The notes: generated by a model from the letters alone, not told the origin. A stretch of DNA of 61,707 nt, filler included, from Stramenopiles sp. TOSAG23-3 (GCA_900128585.1; 41 parts of 41 records of this genome joined end to end with filler, not necessarily neighbours in it), one strand, 5' to 3'. Shown: positions 1 through 12,329, numbered from the whole stretch's first letter. A program made the numbers and translations.

Positions 1-879
1 GTTCGCTGTCGGGGGGGTCATTAAAACCAACGACTGGCGCGTGGAAAAGAGGCCAATGCAAAAAATAGTCAGCAATGCCGCACCCATCGCACACACTCTG
101 ATGGACACTGGAATGCTGGGACGGCATTGAATCAACGCGGACCTGCTTGGGACGATTCCTGTCTCAACAATTACCATATCAAACAGGTTCAAAAATGCCA
201 AATGGTTGAGAATGAAATTGTCAATGGCGGCGTACTGGCACTTCTCTGGAATTTTCCATATCGGAGCGTCTACACCAATGCACCCGGTCGCTTCGGTAAG
301 CAGAAAGGTCATGAGAGACAGGATAGAAATTCCCCGTTTGATAGCAACCACGCCAAGGTCGGCACCCTTGTTCGTTCGCACTGCATTTTCACGAAGCGCC
401 CTTCGCAGATCGGGCAAGAAAAAAAACGGCAGAAGAGACACGACGCCGTTGGTTCCCTGAAATAACACGTACGGGATGTTTTCGATGAAGAAACAGTGCA
501 AGAAGCATAGCATGAACGTGCTCGCGCTGAGAAGAAAATGAATCCCGTCCAGCGTGCACAATTTCAAACGCCCGCTATTGTCGTCTTGTGCTACGGACGC
601 ATAAATGTGTTCATGTACCGTCCACGCAACGAGAGAAATCGGATACAGCGATTCTATAAAGATATGGTTGAGAGTAGAGTGCTCAAACGTAGGACCAAAT
701 GTTAACAACGATGCCAAGATAACGGCTACGGTCACCAGAAACAAGCACGTCCGTGCAACAAAAAAATTAGTGTGCACTTCGTTGTCCGTTATTGAGCTCT
801 TCTCTTGCTCCTTTTGCTCAAGAAGTGCAAGTCTTTCCTCTATTATTGCAACACGATCATTTTCTTCAATTCCAGACAT
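1..879 (-). CDS. Multi-pass membrane protein, N-terminal part (runs off window start; not in ORF track)
   Basis: ATG at 879-877, frame open to position 1. MSGIEENDRVAIIEERLALLEQKEQE (coiled coil) is followed by hydrophobic segments such as CLFLVTVAVILASLLTFG and FLLSASTFMLCFLHCFF. Confidence 0.7.
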   Translation of the reverse strand, partial: MSGIEENDRVAIIEERLALLEQKEQEKSSITDNEVHTNFFVARTCLFLVTVAVILASLLTFGPTFEHSTLNHIFIESLYPISLVAWTVHEHIYASVAQDDNSGRLKLCTLDGIHFLLSASTFMLCFLHCFFIENIPYVLFQGTNGVVSLLPFFFLPDLRRALRENAVRTNKGADLGVVAIKRGISILSLMTFLLTEATGCIGVDAPIWKIPEKCQYAAIDNFILNHLAFLNLFDMVIVETGIVPSRSALIQCRPSIPVSIRVCAMGAALLTIFCIGLFSTRQSLVLMTPPTAN

Positions 880-1111
880 TGTACAATTTGCCTGGGATGA
901 CGGTATGCAGCACTCACACTTATCTACCTATAATTCAATAGACTAGTTATCATGCGTTTGTTAGAACATTTGCACTTATCTTTTCTAACTTCTAATACCT
1001 GACATAAAGATGTTCAAACAATTTTACTCTTGCAAGAAGAAGATAAAAACTTAATGATGATGATGTGATTGATATGAGATTTTTTCTTCTTCTTCTTCAG
1101 ATTATTATTAT

Positions 1112-1211
1112 NNNNNNNNNNNNNNNNNNNNNNNNNNNNNNNNNNNNNNNNNNNNTTAATTAATTAANNNNNNNNNNNNNNNNNNNNNNNNNNNNNNNNN
1201 NNNNNNNNNNN
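1112..1211. other. Artificial contig spacer N44-TTAATTAATTAA-N44 (first of ~40 in the window)
   Basis: The same 100-nt block with stops in all six frames recurs about every 1.2 kb up to 46861 and again at 54240-54339. ORFs ending in X...LIN run into it. Confidence 0.98.
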
Positions 1212-1573
1212 CCCGTGGATGCGGTCGAGCCGGTGGCCCCCGTGGACCCGGTCTCGTCGTCCCCACCGGTCTCGGCGCCCGTGGCCCCGGAGGCGGACCC
1301 GGTGCTGGCACCGGTCGCGCCCGTGGCGGCCATGAACTGGGCCTCTTCCAAGAGGAGGGCTACCTCGTCCGCTGCGGTGTGGTATTTGGGTTCCTCGTAG
1401 GAATCCTCTGGCCATGGCCATGCCGTTCGGGCATCAACCTGGTCGTTTACAAAGGGCTGCAACGCGGCCAAAAACTCGTCTACTTGCATGTGGGCGCGTT
1501 GGGACACGCTCACGGACAAGGCCGACCCGCAGAACACGGATAGCACTAACAGGGAAAGGAAGGCTGTTCTCAT
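1212..1573 (-). CDS. Secreted protein with A/T/G/S low-complexity repeats, 3' truncated
   Basis: Signal-peptide-like MRTAFLSLLVLSVFCGSALS, then ATGATGASTGSASGATG repeats; GC-rich codons flanked by AT-rich upstream DNA. Confidence 0.7.
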
Positions 1574-2189
1574 CTTAACGCAAAGAAGTAACGTGGTACA
1601 AACACTCAAAAGAAGAAGAAAACTAATCTAAATCCTTTACAAACTAAACAACTAAAGAAAAAGATCTTTCCGCAGCCCTTACGTGTAAACGAATACTTCT
1701 TTTCCATCCAAACTACCTTGGCACCTACCTAGCTAACTCCCCCTCTCGTTTCAGTTTACTAAAAAATTCCTAAATTCCTTTTTTCCTAAATCCACCTGAA
1801 AATTCTTTCATGAGCTAAATTAAAATTAAATACATCATCACAGCATTGAATCGTTTCTATTTTTAAAACAAGGTTTTTCCTTTCCTACAAATTAAGGTAT
1901 ATTTAAATCCCTACAAATACCTTCATTTAATTCTTCAATGTTATTTAATATATTTTTATGATACTTCTATATTCCAAAATACAATAATTACATATAAATC
2001 CTTCCAATAATATTATCGATAGATAGATGGTATTCCATTGTTAATAAATTAAATTCTTTTGTATTCTTATGTTATTCTATCCCCCCCACCAGGCACCCCC
2101 TCTTTTTCTTAATTTTTCATCTCTCATCTTTTCCTTCCTTCCTTCCTTCTTTTTTAGGGTTAGGGTTAAGGTTATGATCATTGTTTTGG

Positions 2190-2321
2190 AATCAAGAAAG
2201 AAAGAAAGAAAGAAGAAAGAAAGAGTCGAAAGAAGAAAGAAAGAAAGAAAGAAAGAAAGAGTCGAAAGAAAGAAAGAGTCGAAAGAAAGAGTCGAAAGAA
2301 AGAAAGAGTCGAAAGAAAGAA
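2190..2321. repeat. (GAAA)n / GAAAGAGTC purine-rich simple repeat at contig end
   Basis: Read directly from sequence. Confidence 0.9.
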
Positions 2322-2421
2322 NNNNNNNNNNNNNNNNNNNNNNNNNNNNNNNNNNNNNNNNNNNNTTAATTAATTAANNNNNNNNNNNNNNNNNNNNNNN
2401 NNNNNNNNNNNNNNNNNNNNN

Positions 2422-3530
2422 CTGCATCTTTGTACGCGTTCCCGATGTCGGCGAGCAACGCTGGCTCCATCAAGTTTAACTTGATCGCCTGGCGTAGGGA
2501 TTGGTCAGCTTCTTGGTCTCTACGGGGTTCAACTTGCAAACACATAAGGGCCAAGTAGCCCCACACTTGCGCGTTGCGGTTATCGATGATATTCGCTTCC
2601 GCCAGCGCCTCCTCCGCTTCGTTCAGATTGTTCATTTTCAGGCATGCCTTTCCGACCCCAAGCCACACAGAAGCGGACGGCATAATGCCGCAGCACATCA
2701 AATAAACTTGTTTGGCAGCCCCCTCGTCGCCCTTGGACTCCAAGTACAATGCCCCCAGGCGCACAAAGAGTTGCGGGAGACCCGTGGCAATGGCTGCGGG
2801 CTCTTCTAGGTTTTGCGCTTGAAGCAGGGGAAGCGCTGTCTGGTACGCATCTTTTGCATCCGCCGAGCGCTTCTGGCTGTGCAACAAATGCCCCAGTAAA
2901 CACCAGGCCTCCGGGCATTTTTCTTCCAACTCGATCGCAGCACTAAGACTTTTCTGCGACGCATCAAAATCGCCAGACACAAAGCCCGCGAACCCCCCTA
3001 GCCACATGTGGCGCACCCTCTGTTCCCTCGTCATTTTCATGGCCGTCCAGGCAATGGAATCGCTGAGGCCAGTCATCCCGTCTTCCAGGCCACCTTCGGT
3101 ACCAGCTTGTGCAGCCATGGTCAACGCCAGGGGGACCTGGGAGGACAAGCCATGCTTTAGGAGATACTCACAGGCTTGGTGATACAAGTCGATTTCAGAC
3201 GCGCCACCTGCAGTCGCCTGCAACAGCGCCTTTTCGGCTTTCCTGAATTTCTTGTTTGAATTGTGCGCCAAAACAGAGAGCGTATGGGCAACTTCCAGTT
3301 CCGACTGGGTTGCTTGCGCAACACCGTCTTCGCTCGCCGCACCTGTCCACATGACGTTCGCTTCTTTCAGATTTCCCTCCTCTGCAAGTATTGCACCGTG
3401 CAAGCAGAGCGCAGGCGCGCTGCGCACGACGTCTTCGATTTCCCCGTTCTTCGGTTTTAGCGATAGAGAAACGGCCTGACGGCAGCACTCTTTGGCTTTG
3501 GCAATATCGCCACGACGGCTGCAGAATGCA
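2422..3530 (-). CDS. CFAP70: Cilia- and flagella-associated protein 70 (TTC18), C-terminal TPR region, partial
   Basis: TPR repeats with PSASVWLGVGKACLKMNNLNEAEEALAEANIIDNRNAQVWGYLALMCL, resembling the CFAP70 C-terminus as I recall it. Confidence 0.8.
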
Positions 3531-3630
3531 NNNNNNNNNNNNNNNNNNNNNNNNNNNNNNNNNNNNNNNNNNNNTTAATTAATTAANNNNNNNNNNNNNN
3601 NNNNNNNNNNNNNNNNNNNNNNNNNNNNNN

Positions 3631-3945
3631 TGTCCCGTTTACTCTCTGACCAGTATCCCGCCATGAGTAATGTGGGTCAGGTTTGTGTACATATTTGTAT
3701 AGGGCAGTCTCGGTGATTTTCTGCACCGCACCTGGAGTAGAACTCACGACTAAATCATCTGTAGTGACAAAACCCTTATTAAGATGATCCAGTTGACTGT
3801 GGAGATTCTTCAGGGTGTTTGAAATCCGGTAGATTTCAGAATTGATTTTGTCACGTTCGTCTTGAATTTTTTCTTCCGAATCGACCACCTTGCCCTGACC
3901 AAGGGTAAGAACAACCAACAGAACAAAGACAGTTTGGGCAATCAT
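3631..3945 (-). CDS. Secreted PqaA / AprA-like protein, N-terminus only
   Basis: Signal peptide, short coiled coil, then TALYKYVHKPDPHYSW, resembling the PqaA-family N-terminal motif. Confidence 0.65.
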
Positions 3946-4383
3946 CTTGTTTCAGTGTGTACGCAAGTAATGTCTGTGTATGGAAATGTATGCTAATAAC
4001 GGTTGCTGGTGCTGGTCTGTTTTGTTTTTTTAATTTTGGATTCAAATCAATAGATACTTACTAAATTAAACTGTTTCATCGTCCATTTCATTATTTATTT
4101 TTATTTAGAGTATAAAAAAATCCACCACCCACCACCACCATCATCCACTATAGTCCTATACTATTGCACTTCTTCTTTCTTTTTATTAAGCTCAATAATA
4201 GTCGTCTATAATGACAACAGAGGGGAGAGAGGAGAGAGAATAATAAAATGAAGCTGCTCCTATATATATATGATAGCTATGTAATATTTACACAGCGTTT
4301 GAGTTTTTGCATTTTTCCAGCCCATTCCTTTTCTTTGTCCAACATGGTCGGTTCTCGCATATATATAAAAAAATCAGTTCGTC

Positions 4384-4739
4384 TTATTTTCTTCTGCTGC
4401 TTTTCTTTTTCTTACTCTTCTTTTTTTTACTGCTGGTAGATTTAAGCACTGTTGGGTTTTGGGCTACCTGTTGAGCCTTCCTGTACTGACGTATTGAGTT
4501 GCAGTTAGGACGGTGAACTGACCAGTCTGCCTCTTGGTGCTCTTTTGAGCAATAACGAACCGATTTGCACCGTGGGCATTGGAACTTTGCCTCTGCGTTG
4601 CAATGGCTTCGAAAGTGCGCGCATTTTTTATCTATTCTGTCTATTACTTCACAGACATTTGCATGGCCTCTGTCTAACGCGGCCCTTCTTGGGGTTAGGG
4701 ATAATTTGGTTTTGATACCAACGTCCGCGCCGTACTCTT
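4384..4739 (-). CDS. Ankyrin repeat + MYND zinc finger protein, C-terminal fragment (not in ORF track)
   Basis: Manual translation: EYGADVGIKTKLSLTPRRAALDRGHANVCEVI (ankyrin), then CAHFRSHCNAEAKFQCPRCKSVRYCSKEHQEADWSVHRPNC (MYND); TAA at 4386-4384. Confidence 0.85.
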
Positions 4740-4839
4740 NNNNNNNNNNNNNNNNNNNNNNNNNNNNNNNNNNNNNNNNNNNNTTAATTAATTAANNNNN
4801 NNNNNNNNNNNNNNNNNNNNNNNNNNNNNNNNNNNNNNN

Positions 4840-5733
4840 ACCTGGCACTGGAAGACACCAGAAAAGGGTTGGAGACTGCACTTGAATCTCTCGATATCAA
4901 AGAGAGGCTTATTGTACTCCGCACACCATCGAGGGGCGAAGAACAAACGACGACCCCTGGTGAGGGAGGGCGCTGTACTCATAAGATTCTACGGCACGCC
5001 GATAAGAGTATGGGTAAAGAAATTAAGCTTTGCAGACATTGGAAAATGTTCCACATCGACAACGAAAGCCGAAGTTAAAACAGCGGCCGTCGCATGTGAG
5101 GAATTAGATATTGTGACTAATTATATAAAAGAAATGGGGATAGATAAATTGCCAGATCTCTCCTTCAAGCATCAACGCTATAATGGACAGGCATCCGACC
5201 GCCTACCGCACCTGGATTGCTCTATTCATGAGGGCCTCAAAAACATACCGTTTTACGGTGATAATCGTGCTGTAAACGGCGCATTAACTGGTACTCAAAA
5301 AGCCGACGCTCTTCGGAGCATTAAAACATGGGGAGGCAAAGTAAATGGATCCCATAAGGCTGGCATCACATTTTTACGCGAATCATGTGAAGCGAAAGAC
5401 GTCATGCACTGTTATATCACAGACGTAGACAATTGTATCGACGTATTGACAAAATTTAAAGATGGACCAACGTTCCATCGACACTCGCGTGTCATCAGAG
5501 GTCATGACGAAATAGATTTCACTAAGACTATCGAAATTGAAGAACGCTTGCACAAGAAAGCAACAGCTCGGAAAGTTTACAAAAGAAAACTTGACTATCA
5601 GCGCATGAAACCTAATCTAAAAGATATAGGTGAGGAAGAGGACAACTCGACCTCCGATCATGTCGCCGCCGTCACATACAGTTCCGCCAATATCCAATTC
5701 GCACCACCGTACGATTACGATTACGATCAATAA
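4840..5733 (+). CDS. Hypothetical protein, 5' truncated, possible PWWP-like segment
   Basis: Frame open from contig start to TAA; VLIRFYGTPIRVWVK loosely resembles the PWWP beta-strand motif. Confidence 0.55.
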   Translation, partial: TWHWKTPEKGWRLHLNLSISKRGLLYSAHHRGAKNKRRPLVREGAVLIRFYGTPIRVWVKKLSFADIGKCSTSTTKAEVKTAAVACEELDIVTNYIKEMGIDKLPDLSFKHQRYNGQASDRLPHLDCSIHEGLKNIPFYGDNRAVNGALTGTQKADALRSIKTWGGKVNGSHKAGITFLRESCEAKDVMHCYITDVDNCIDVLTKFKDGPTFHRHSRVIRGHDEIDFTKTIEIEERLHKKATARKVYKRKLDYQRMKPNLKDIGEEEDNSTSDHVAAVTYSSANIQFAPPYDYDYDQ

Positions 5734-6049
5734 TTGTATGCTAAAAACAAGGGCTCTTAGCACCCTCAATGAGGAAGGCATCGACCCCGCATCAAATAAG
5801 AATGCAAACAACTCGTGCTCAAGCACAACAAATTGGTTTTCGTGACACGTTACACCCAATTCCGGGGCGTGTTGTATTTAACACATAGTGTTAAGGAATA
5901 ATTGGGCATAAAGGTCCACCGAACGTACACCGACACATGAAAAAGGAANNNNNNNNNNNNNNNNNNNNNNNNNNNNNNNNNNNNNNNNNNNNTTAATTAA
6001 TTAANNNNNNNNNNNNNNNNNNNNNNNNNNNNNNNNNNNNNNNNNNNNT

Positions 6050-7107
6050 ACCATAATTGAACAAGCCATAATTACAGGTTGCATAAATATCAATGATACG
6101 ACAGGAATTCTTTTCACCAAATATGATACACCAAATAGCTGTACAAATGCAGAAAACCCTTTGATAATTGCGTACACTTTTCCAGTATAGACAGATCTGT
6201 CTGCATCTAATGGCAATTCTGCTCTGAGATAATTATTATACGATAAACCTAGTACTGTCGCTGTCACTTGCATTGCTACAGTAGCTATAAACAAGGGTGT
6301 GAGCATTGGATGTATTTGTAAAGAACGATGACCTGATAGTAATTTATTACAACTATTGCTATTTTTGTGTTCTGACTTTGGTGGCGAAACGTCAAAATCT
6401 TTAGGCTTTACCGTTGAAATCGTGTATGCTTTCTTAGATAATACAGAAGATGAATATAAACAAATGATGGCAAACCATACTAAACACGTAGTTGATACAT
6501 ATACTGCAACATATTGAACAAACACGCAAGCACTCATTGCGAATAGGCTCACAATTCCCACAATAGGCCCAAATAATGTTTCAGCTTCTTTCGAATTAAA
6601 TCTTGAATTGAAGAATGACCAGTATTGTGATGATAGAAAACTGGCATATGCTTCTCGAAATATATAAAGCAGCGGTACACAAATGAATAAATACACTTGC
6701 AAATGAATACAAATGAGCAGAAGTAAAACAACTCCTGCACAGTACAGATTACTCATTTGGAGAGTTTTTGCAGCACCTAAACGACCTAGCATTTCATTAT
6801 AAATCAGAATAAGCACAACAGCCATAAAAGGCACAAATGTTAACATGTAGGGTAATTTTTCAGCTCCAAAATAGCTTGTAAATAACGTCAAAGAGCCGAC
6901 GCGAACGAATTCATATCCAGCGGCATGTGTACACATAGCTAAAAGCATAAAAGAACAATCCCTATCCCACGATTTATACCATCGGGTAGATACCTTCGGA
7001 ATATTTACACAAAAAGAATCCGCTGCTCTATTTCTGGTAGATTTCCCCCTTTCTTTACTACAACTAATAGTGTGTTTGGAGAGGCCACTAGGCAAAGACT
7101 TCGACAT
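6050..7107 (-). CDS. NTT/TLC-family (ATP/ADP-type) nucleotide transporter-like MFS protein, 3' truncated
   Basis: Many TM helices, plus YIFREAYASFLSSQYWSFFNSRFNSKEAETLFGPIVG resembling the TLC 'FW.FAN......EA.R.F..I' motif and an N-terminal 'YEFVR' motif. Confidence 0.7.
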
Positions 7108-7257
7108 TTCAGTCTCATCGACAGTACTATTTAGAACACTATAACTACTATTTTTTTNNNNNNNNNNNNNNNNNNNNNNNNNNNNNNNNNNNNNNNNNNN
7201 NTTAATTAATTAANNNNNNNNNNNNNNNNNNNNNNNNNNNNNNNNNNNNNNNNNNNN

Positions 7258-8365
7258 CGTCCGCTTTCGCCTTCTCGCGCGCAGCCTTCTCCAGCTGCTG
7301 CTGTCTACTCTTTGTGTACTTGTCAAACTTTTCTCGAAGCTGCTCTATCCGATTTCTAACGTACTCGTCCCCTTCGTCCTCGCCGTTGCACACGCGTTCA
7401 TCATACGCCGCTAGCTGGCGGCCAATTGAACTAATTTTTTTATTGCTCACGTCAATTTTGTCCCGGTCGCGCTCTAATTGTCCAATCCAATTGTGATAAG
7501 TCCTTTGCTCGCTTTTTAGGGCTTCGTAAAGCTCTTGGTTGTCTTGGACCATCACCATCTCCGTTTCTTTGTGGGCCACTTTGTTTTGAATTTCACTCAG
7601 TTTCTGTTCGACGTACGACGTGGTTTCCTCGGCAGCGCGTTTCATTTCAGCAACCTTCGACGTGACGCCCTCGCGCATTTTCTTCATTTGCTGCACCATC
7701 GTGACTTCCTCCCCCGCCTTCTCCTCGGCCGCACCGCCACTCGCGGCAGCCGCGGGCGCCAGGGGGGCAGCCGGTTCTTCAGCATTCCTTGGGCTGCTCT
7801 GTGGAGGAGCATCGCTGCCGCCGGCGTGGTCGGCGACCTGGTTGGTTCCTAGCGCCGCGGGAGCCTGCGGGGCCGTCGGCTGCTCTACTTTGTTGTCGCT
7901 CGTGGGGCTGCTTCGAGGGGCATCACCGCCGCCGGCTGCCGCTTTGGTCCCGACCACCAGAGTGGTGTCGTCCGCGGTGCCCTGGGCACTTTGGGTGGTT
8001 GCTGCCGCGACGGTGGCAGGGGGGGCCACGATCTCGCTCCTTACGACCGGCCTTTTGGGAGTGGGAGAATCTTTGAACAGGTTGAACGCGGCCTCGTCTT
8101 TCTGGGTATTTTTCATCGCGTACAAGTACTTGTGCTTGTCCCGCAGCCGGCACAGCAGCCTTGCTATGTCTACCAGCTCCCCCTCCGTGCAGAGCCCTTC
8201 CGCTGCCATGGAGGATGCCAGCTCGAACGGCTCGTCTTTGATCAGGTCGTAGTTGAAATCAAAACCATGCTTGGACACGTTTTTCGAGCCGGTCACCATG
8301 CGCAAGGGGAGGTACCTCGAGCCATTTTTCCAGTCTTCATCTCAGTGGCTACCGCTTCCGCGAGC
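7258..8365 (-). CDS. Protein fragment with WNK/OSR1 CCT-like segment, A/P-rich linker and coiled coil
   Basis: FDFNYDLIKDEPFELASSM resembles the WNK 'FxFDLxxDxPxxVAxEM' motif; frame open across the contig. Confidence 0.55.
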
Positions 8366-8921
8366 NNNNNNNNNNNNNNNNNNNNNNNNNNNNNNNNNNN
8401 NNNNNNNNNTTAATTAATTAANNNNNNNNNNNNNNNNNNNNNNNNNNNNNNNNNNNNNNNNNNNNAACTCATTTAGGATATTATTTCCCCTGCTCTGATA
8501 ATGCTATTGTTCTGGTAGTATTCAGTCTAGTTACACATTTACATGATCACAGCTCCATTTTAAGAAAAATAATATAATAATTCTGCACTATTATTAACTG
8601 CTGAGGAGAAGAAGTCGACGAGAAGAAGTATAATAATAATACAATAAATTAAGAGGAGAGGCATACTCACTCGTACTCCGCTTTGTTCGTTTCAGGGTCT
8701 AGTATTCGACAAGTAGATAGAGTGTGTCCGTAAAACTGTTTCAGTTAAAAAAAGTACGATACTGAACAGAATAAAATCAAATAAAGCGCAGCGTCTGTTG
8801 TCCTGTAACGATTGTACACCAGCTCAAAGCAAGCGAAACAAAGCTTTACTTGTTCATAAGGTCTGGCCAATTGTCTATGAAGTCGTAAATTGTCGATAAA
8901 CGCTGTTGCAGAACGCTAAAA

Positions 8922-9395
8922 ATGTCGTTGCAGATGGTCCCTGAGGTTCGAGATTTCTACGGTGGGTTGGGGTTTACCGTAATAGCCATGTTTGTTGGGT
9001 CTATGATCTATGAACAAATTGCAAAGAAGAGGAAGAGCAAGGCACAGAAGAAAGGAAAAGAGTTGCCGTATAAAACTCAGCTGGAAGGCAAATCGATGGA
9101 CGACTTTTCTGAGGGAGACGTAGAAATGGTTGTTAACCCTTTGCAGAGGCAGAAACACAAAGCAGCCAAGGAGCAACCGCCAGCAAGGACAAAGAAAACG
9201 TCAAAATATCAACAAATTAGGGTAAAGTTGGCACCAAAATTAGAAAGCTTGTCATTTTATGTGACGCTGGATGCGATGAAATCGCTGCTGTTTAATGGCA
9301 TAGTTTTTGCTTACGTATCAGTTTACGTGTACATTCTTGCTGCCTCTTTTGGCTACTCTATCTTTCGAACAGAAGTGCACCAGTATTTTGAATAA
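8922..9395 (+). CDS. Small two-TM membrane protein, complete, function unknown
   Basis: ATG to TAA, hydrophobic segments at both ends, AT-rich flanks. Confidence 0.7.
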   Translation: MSLQMVPEVRDFYGGLGFTVIAMFVGSMIYEQIAKKRKSKAQKKGKELPYKTQLEGKSMDDFSEGDVEMVVNPLQRQKHKAAKEQPPARTKKTSKYQQIRVKLAPKLESLSFYVTLDAMKSLLFNGIVFAYVSVYVYILAASFGYSIFRTEVHQYFE

Positions 9396-9673
9396 AAAGA
9401 GTATATTTTTTTAAAGATATAGTGAAGTAAAATTTTTGAAATATATAATTATGTGACTTGAAAGAAACTCATCATTATGATCATCATAATACGGTTTGGG
9501 ATAGAGCCCGGCCTCAACAAAACAATAATAGCCACTGTCTCAAACAATTTTATGATAGTTTGAATGATGAATANNNNNNNNNNNNNNNNNNNNNNNNNNN
9601 NNNNNNNNNNNNNNNNNTTAATTAATTAANNNNNNNNNNNNNNNNNNNNNNNNNNNNNNNNNNNNNNNNNNNN

Positions 9674-9675
9674 TT

Positions 9676-9739
<64 letters not shown>
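9674..9739. repeat. (TTTC)n microsatellite at contig end
   Basis: Read directly from sequence. Confidence 0.95.
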
Positions 9740-10548
9740 AATAGTATTTTTTAGACAGACGCCTACTCACCTACATTCGTAGACTACGAGGAATAAATAG
9801 CGAAGCCTTATTTATAAATGGACTAAAATTTATTTAAGATTATTATTTGAATTGACCAGTGGAAATAACCCTAATTTTAACATTTATCTCTCCAACAATT
9901 CTTGTTCGTTACAAAAACAAAAAAGTATTTTAACTATAAATATAGACTATGTAAAATTAGCTAGGATTTAATTTAACTACGACGATTTAAAAAAGTAATA
10001 AAATACCAAAAGAGGATCGATCATCCATCCTCTCCCTTTTTTTTTTTACATGCTGTTTGGTTGTTGTTTGTTTAGAATTAACTTATTTATTTATATGTAC
10101 TATTTATTATTCACTCAATTTATTAATAAACTAAACAACAAAACAATCCTTTTCTTCAAAAATGTCATTATTTTAGACTAGGATATAATAGGACGATAGA
10201 AGTAAGAAAATATTTGCGCGAAGAAAGCTTAGCTTAAGGTAAGAGAGAAGAAAGAGTCATTAGGAGGTACGTACGGTACAGGTACAGGTACAGTCAGATA
10301 AAATAAACAAACCGTGGTGGTAAAGTAAAGTAAGTGGTAGATAGAAAAATCATATCATCAATATTATATACATAATCTATACGGGGAGGGATGTCAATAA
10401 TTATGAAGATGAAGAAGAAAGAACAATAGTTATGTTTTTTTAATCTTTCGTTTGAAAGGAAGTACGTGTTTGGATTTTTCCTCTGCGTGGGCCTTAAACT
10501 TCAGATAGACGCGTCCGTGGACCTTTTAATATAATACTTGAAGGTGAC

Positions 10549-10779
10549 ATGTTTAGTAAGGTCTTTGGTAAAAACAAGCCGCCCCCGCCGCCAGGCGCTG
10601 TGCCTCCCGGGCCGCCGCCGCCCGGAATGGCTGCTCCTGCATTGCCGCCCCCGCCCTCACAAGACAGGGACTCGTTTAAACAAAGGGCTCCTCCGCCTCC
10701 CGGCTATACACCCCCCAAGGCTCCCCCGGGAATATCGAACGGCCCACGCGTACCTCCGCCGCCAGGACCAGGGATGCCT
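10549..10779 (+). CDS. Polyproline-rich protein N-terminus, truncated
   Basis: MFSKVFGKNKPPPPPGAVPPGPPPPG...; sharp GC rise at the ATG. Confidence 0.7.
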
Positions 10780-10879
10780 NNNNNNNNNNNNNNNNNNNNN
10801 NNNNNNNNNNNNNNNNNNNNNNNTTAATTAATTAANNNNNNNNNNNNNNNNNNNNNNNNNNNNNNNNNNNNNNNNNNNN

Positions 10880-11608
10880 CTGTTGAACCAGTTGTACACG
10901 GGGGAGAAGGACAGGCAGCTTTTTCTGCTTGCCGACAAAAAATTTCGTCATCTCCTCTAGAACTCGTCCCGCTTCTCCTGTTTTTCGTAGGCTTATCAGA
11001 ACGTTTGTATAATTTATGTAGGCTTGTCTATTGTAAGGATCCAGAACCAAACTTTGTCTGTAATGTTCCGCAGCATCTCGCTTCTGGCTCAATCTTCGAA
11101 ACAAGAGCCCCAAGTTTCTATGTACCCCTGGTTGGTCGGAGTCGTAGAAGAGGCTCTTTTTAAACGCCCGGATGGATTCATACACTTTCTGGGATTGACC
11201 ATACGCTGCTCCTAGAGCGCACCACGGCTCTCCGGAGTGTGGCTCTAGTTCCGTTGCTCTCAACGCAGTCCGCAACGCGTCTTTGTTCCCTCGCTCGGTT
11301 CTTAGAGCAAGTAAGGCCAAGGCCAGATCGACATGAAAAAATCCATCCGTCGGCTTCTCCGCCAAAGCCATTGAAATCTCCTTTATAGCATTCTTTGGGT
11401 CCTGCCTAACATTCAGCAGCAAGATCCCTAAGCTGTAATGAGCAAGTGCGTCTTTCGGCCATTTCCTCAAATACTCTTGTAGCTGCACAATTGCTTTGTC
11501 TGGCTGGGGGTGCTTCTGAAGCTTGCGAAAGGCAATCACAGCAGGCCTCGCCTTTCTCTGGCTCACCTTTCTCCACTTCCTAACAAAACGTGCGGTTGAG
11601 TTGTCCAT
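10880..11608 (-). CDS. TPR-repeat protein, truncated
   Basis: Successive TPR units: AHYSLGILLL, PWCALGAAYG, VHRNLGLLFR, AYINYTNVLI. Confidence 0.8.
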
Positions 11609-12329
11609 CCAGGCACACTCCCGTCAGACGTACCCAATGCCTTCGGCACCCCCTATGATACCTGCACTTCGCTGCAGCGCGCTCGCAATGACGTCCTGTA
11701 TCGCGCAATTTTAGCCAGTTCGTCAACCATTTACGGAGAGAACCAGAACAAACGTTCTATATGAATCATGCGTACAAATATGAGGATTATGCATACGTTA
11801 TATAAACTATGTATATTCTTCCAATTTTATACCATGTATCAATACAAAACTTTGAAAGCATTTAATTTTAAAGATGATGATCATCTGATGATGAGAAGGA
11901 AGAAGAAAAATATGTCACAATCATCCACACCTTCTTATATTAATAATATATACAAAATCAATCCGTTTTTTTTTTTTTTTTTTTNNNNNNNNNNNNNNNN
12001 NNNNNNNNNNNNNNNNNNNNNNNNNNNNTTAATTAATTAANNNNNNNNNNNNNNNNNNNNNNNNNNNNNNNNNNNNNNNNNNNNTAATACATCATTCAGT
12101 CCTTCAAAAAAAAACAAAAAATACTAAAATATAATACAGTATCATCATCCATCACTCACGTCTTTCTCTCTCTCTAAAGCTATTCTATATTCTATTTAAA
12201 TAAGTATCATTTTTGCGAGAATTTTTTTTAGTTCACGCTTAGTATTAGGTGAGTACCGTGACATTAATGCTTCGCTGCGCCGCCGCTACACTGCTGAAGA
12301 ATTTTTTTTTTTCTTTATTTTTTTTTATA

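Noticed and set aside
127-946. Plus-strand ORFs at 127, 206 and 605
   Set aside because: They are antisense to the longer membrane-protein frame on the minus strand (1-879).
2154-2174. TTAGGG TTAGGG TTAAGG as a telomere
   Set aside because: Only two perfect units, internal, and followed by a different simple repeat.
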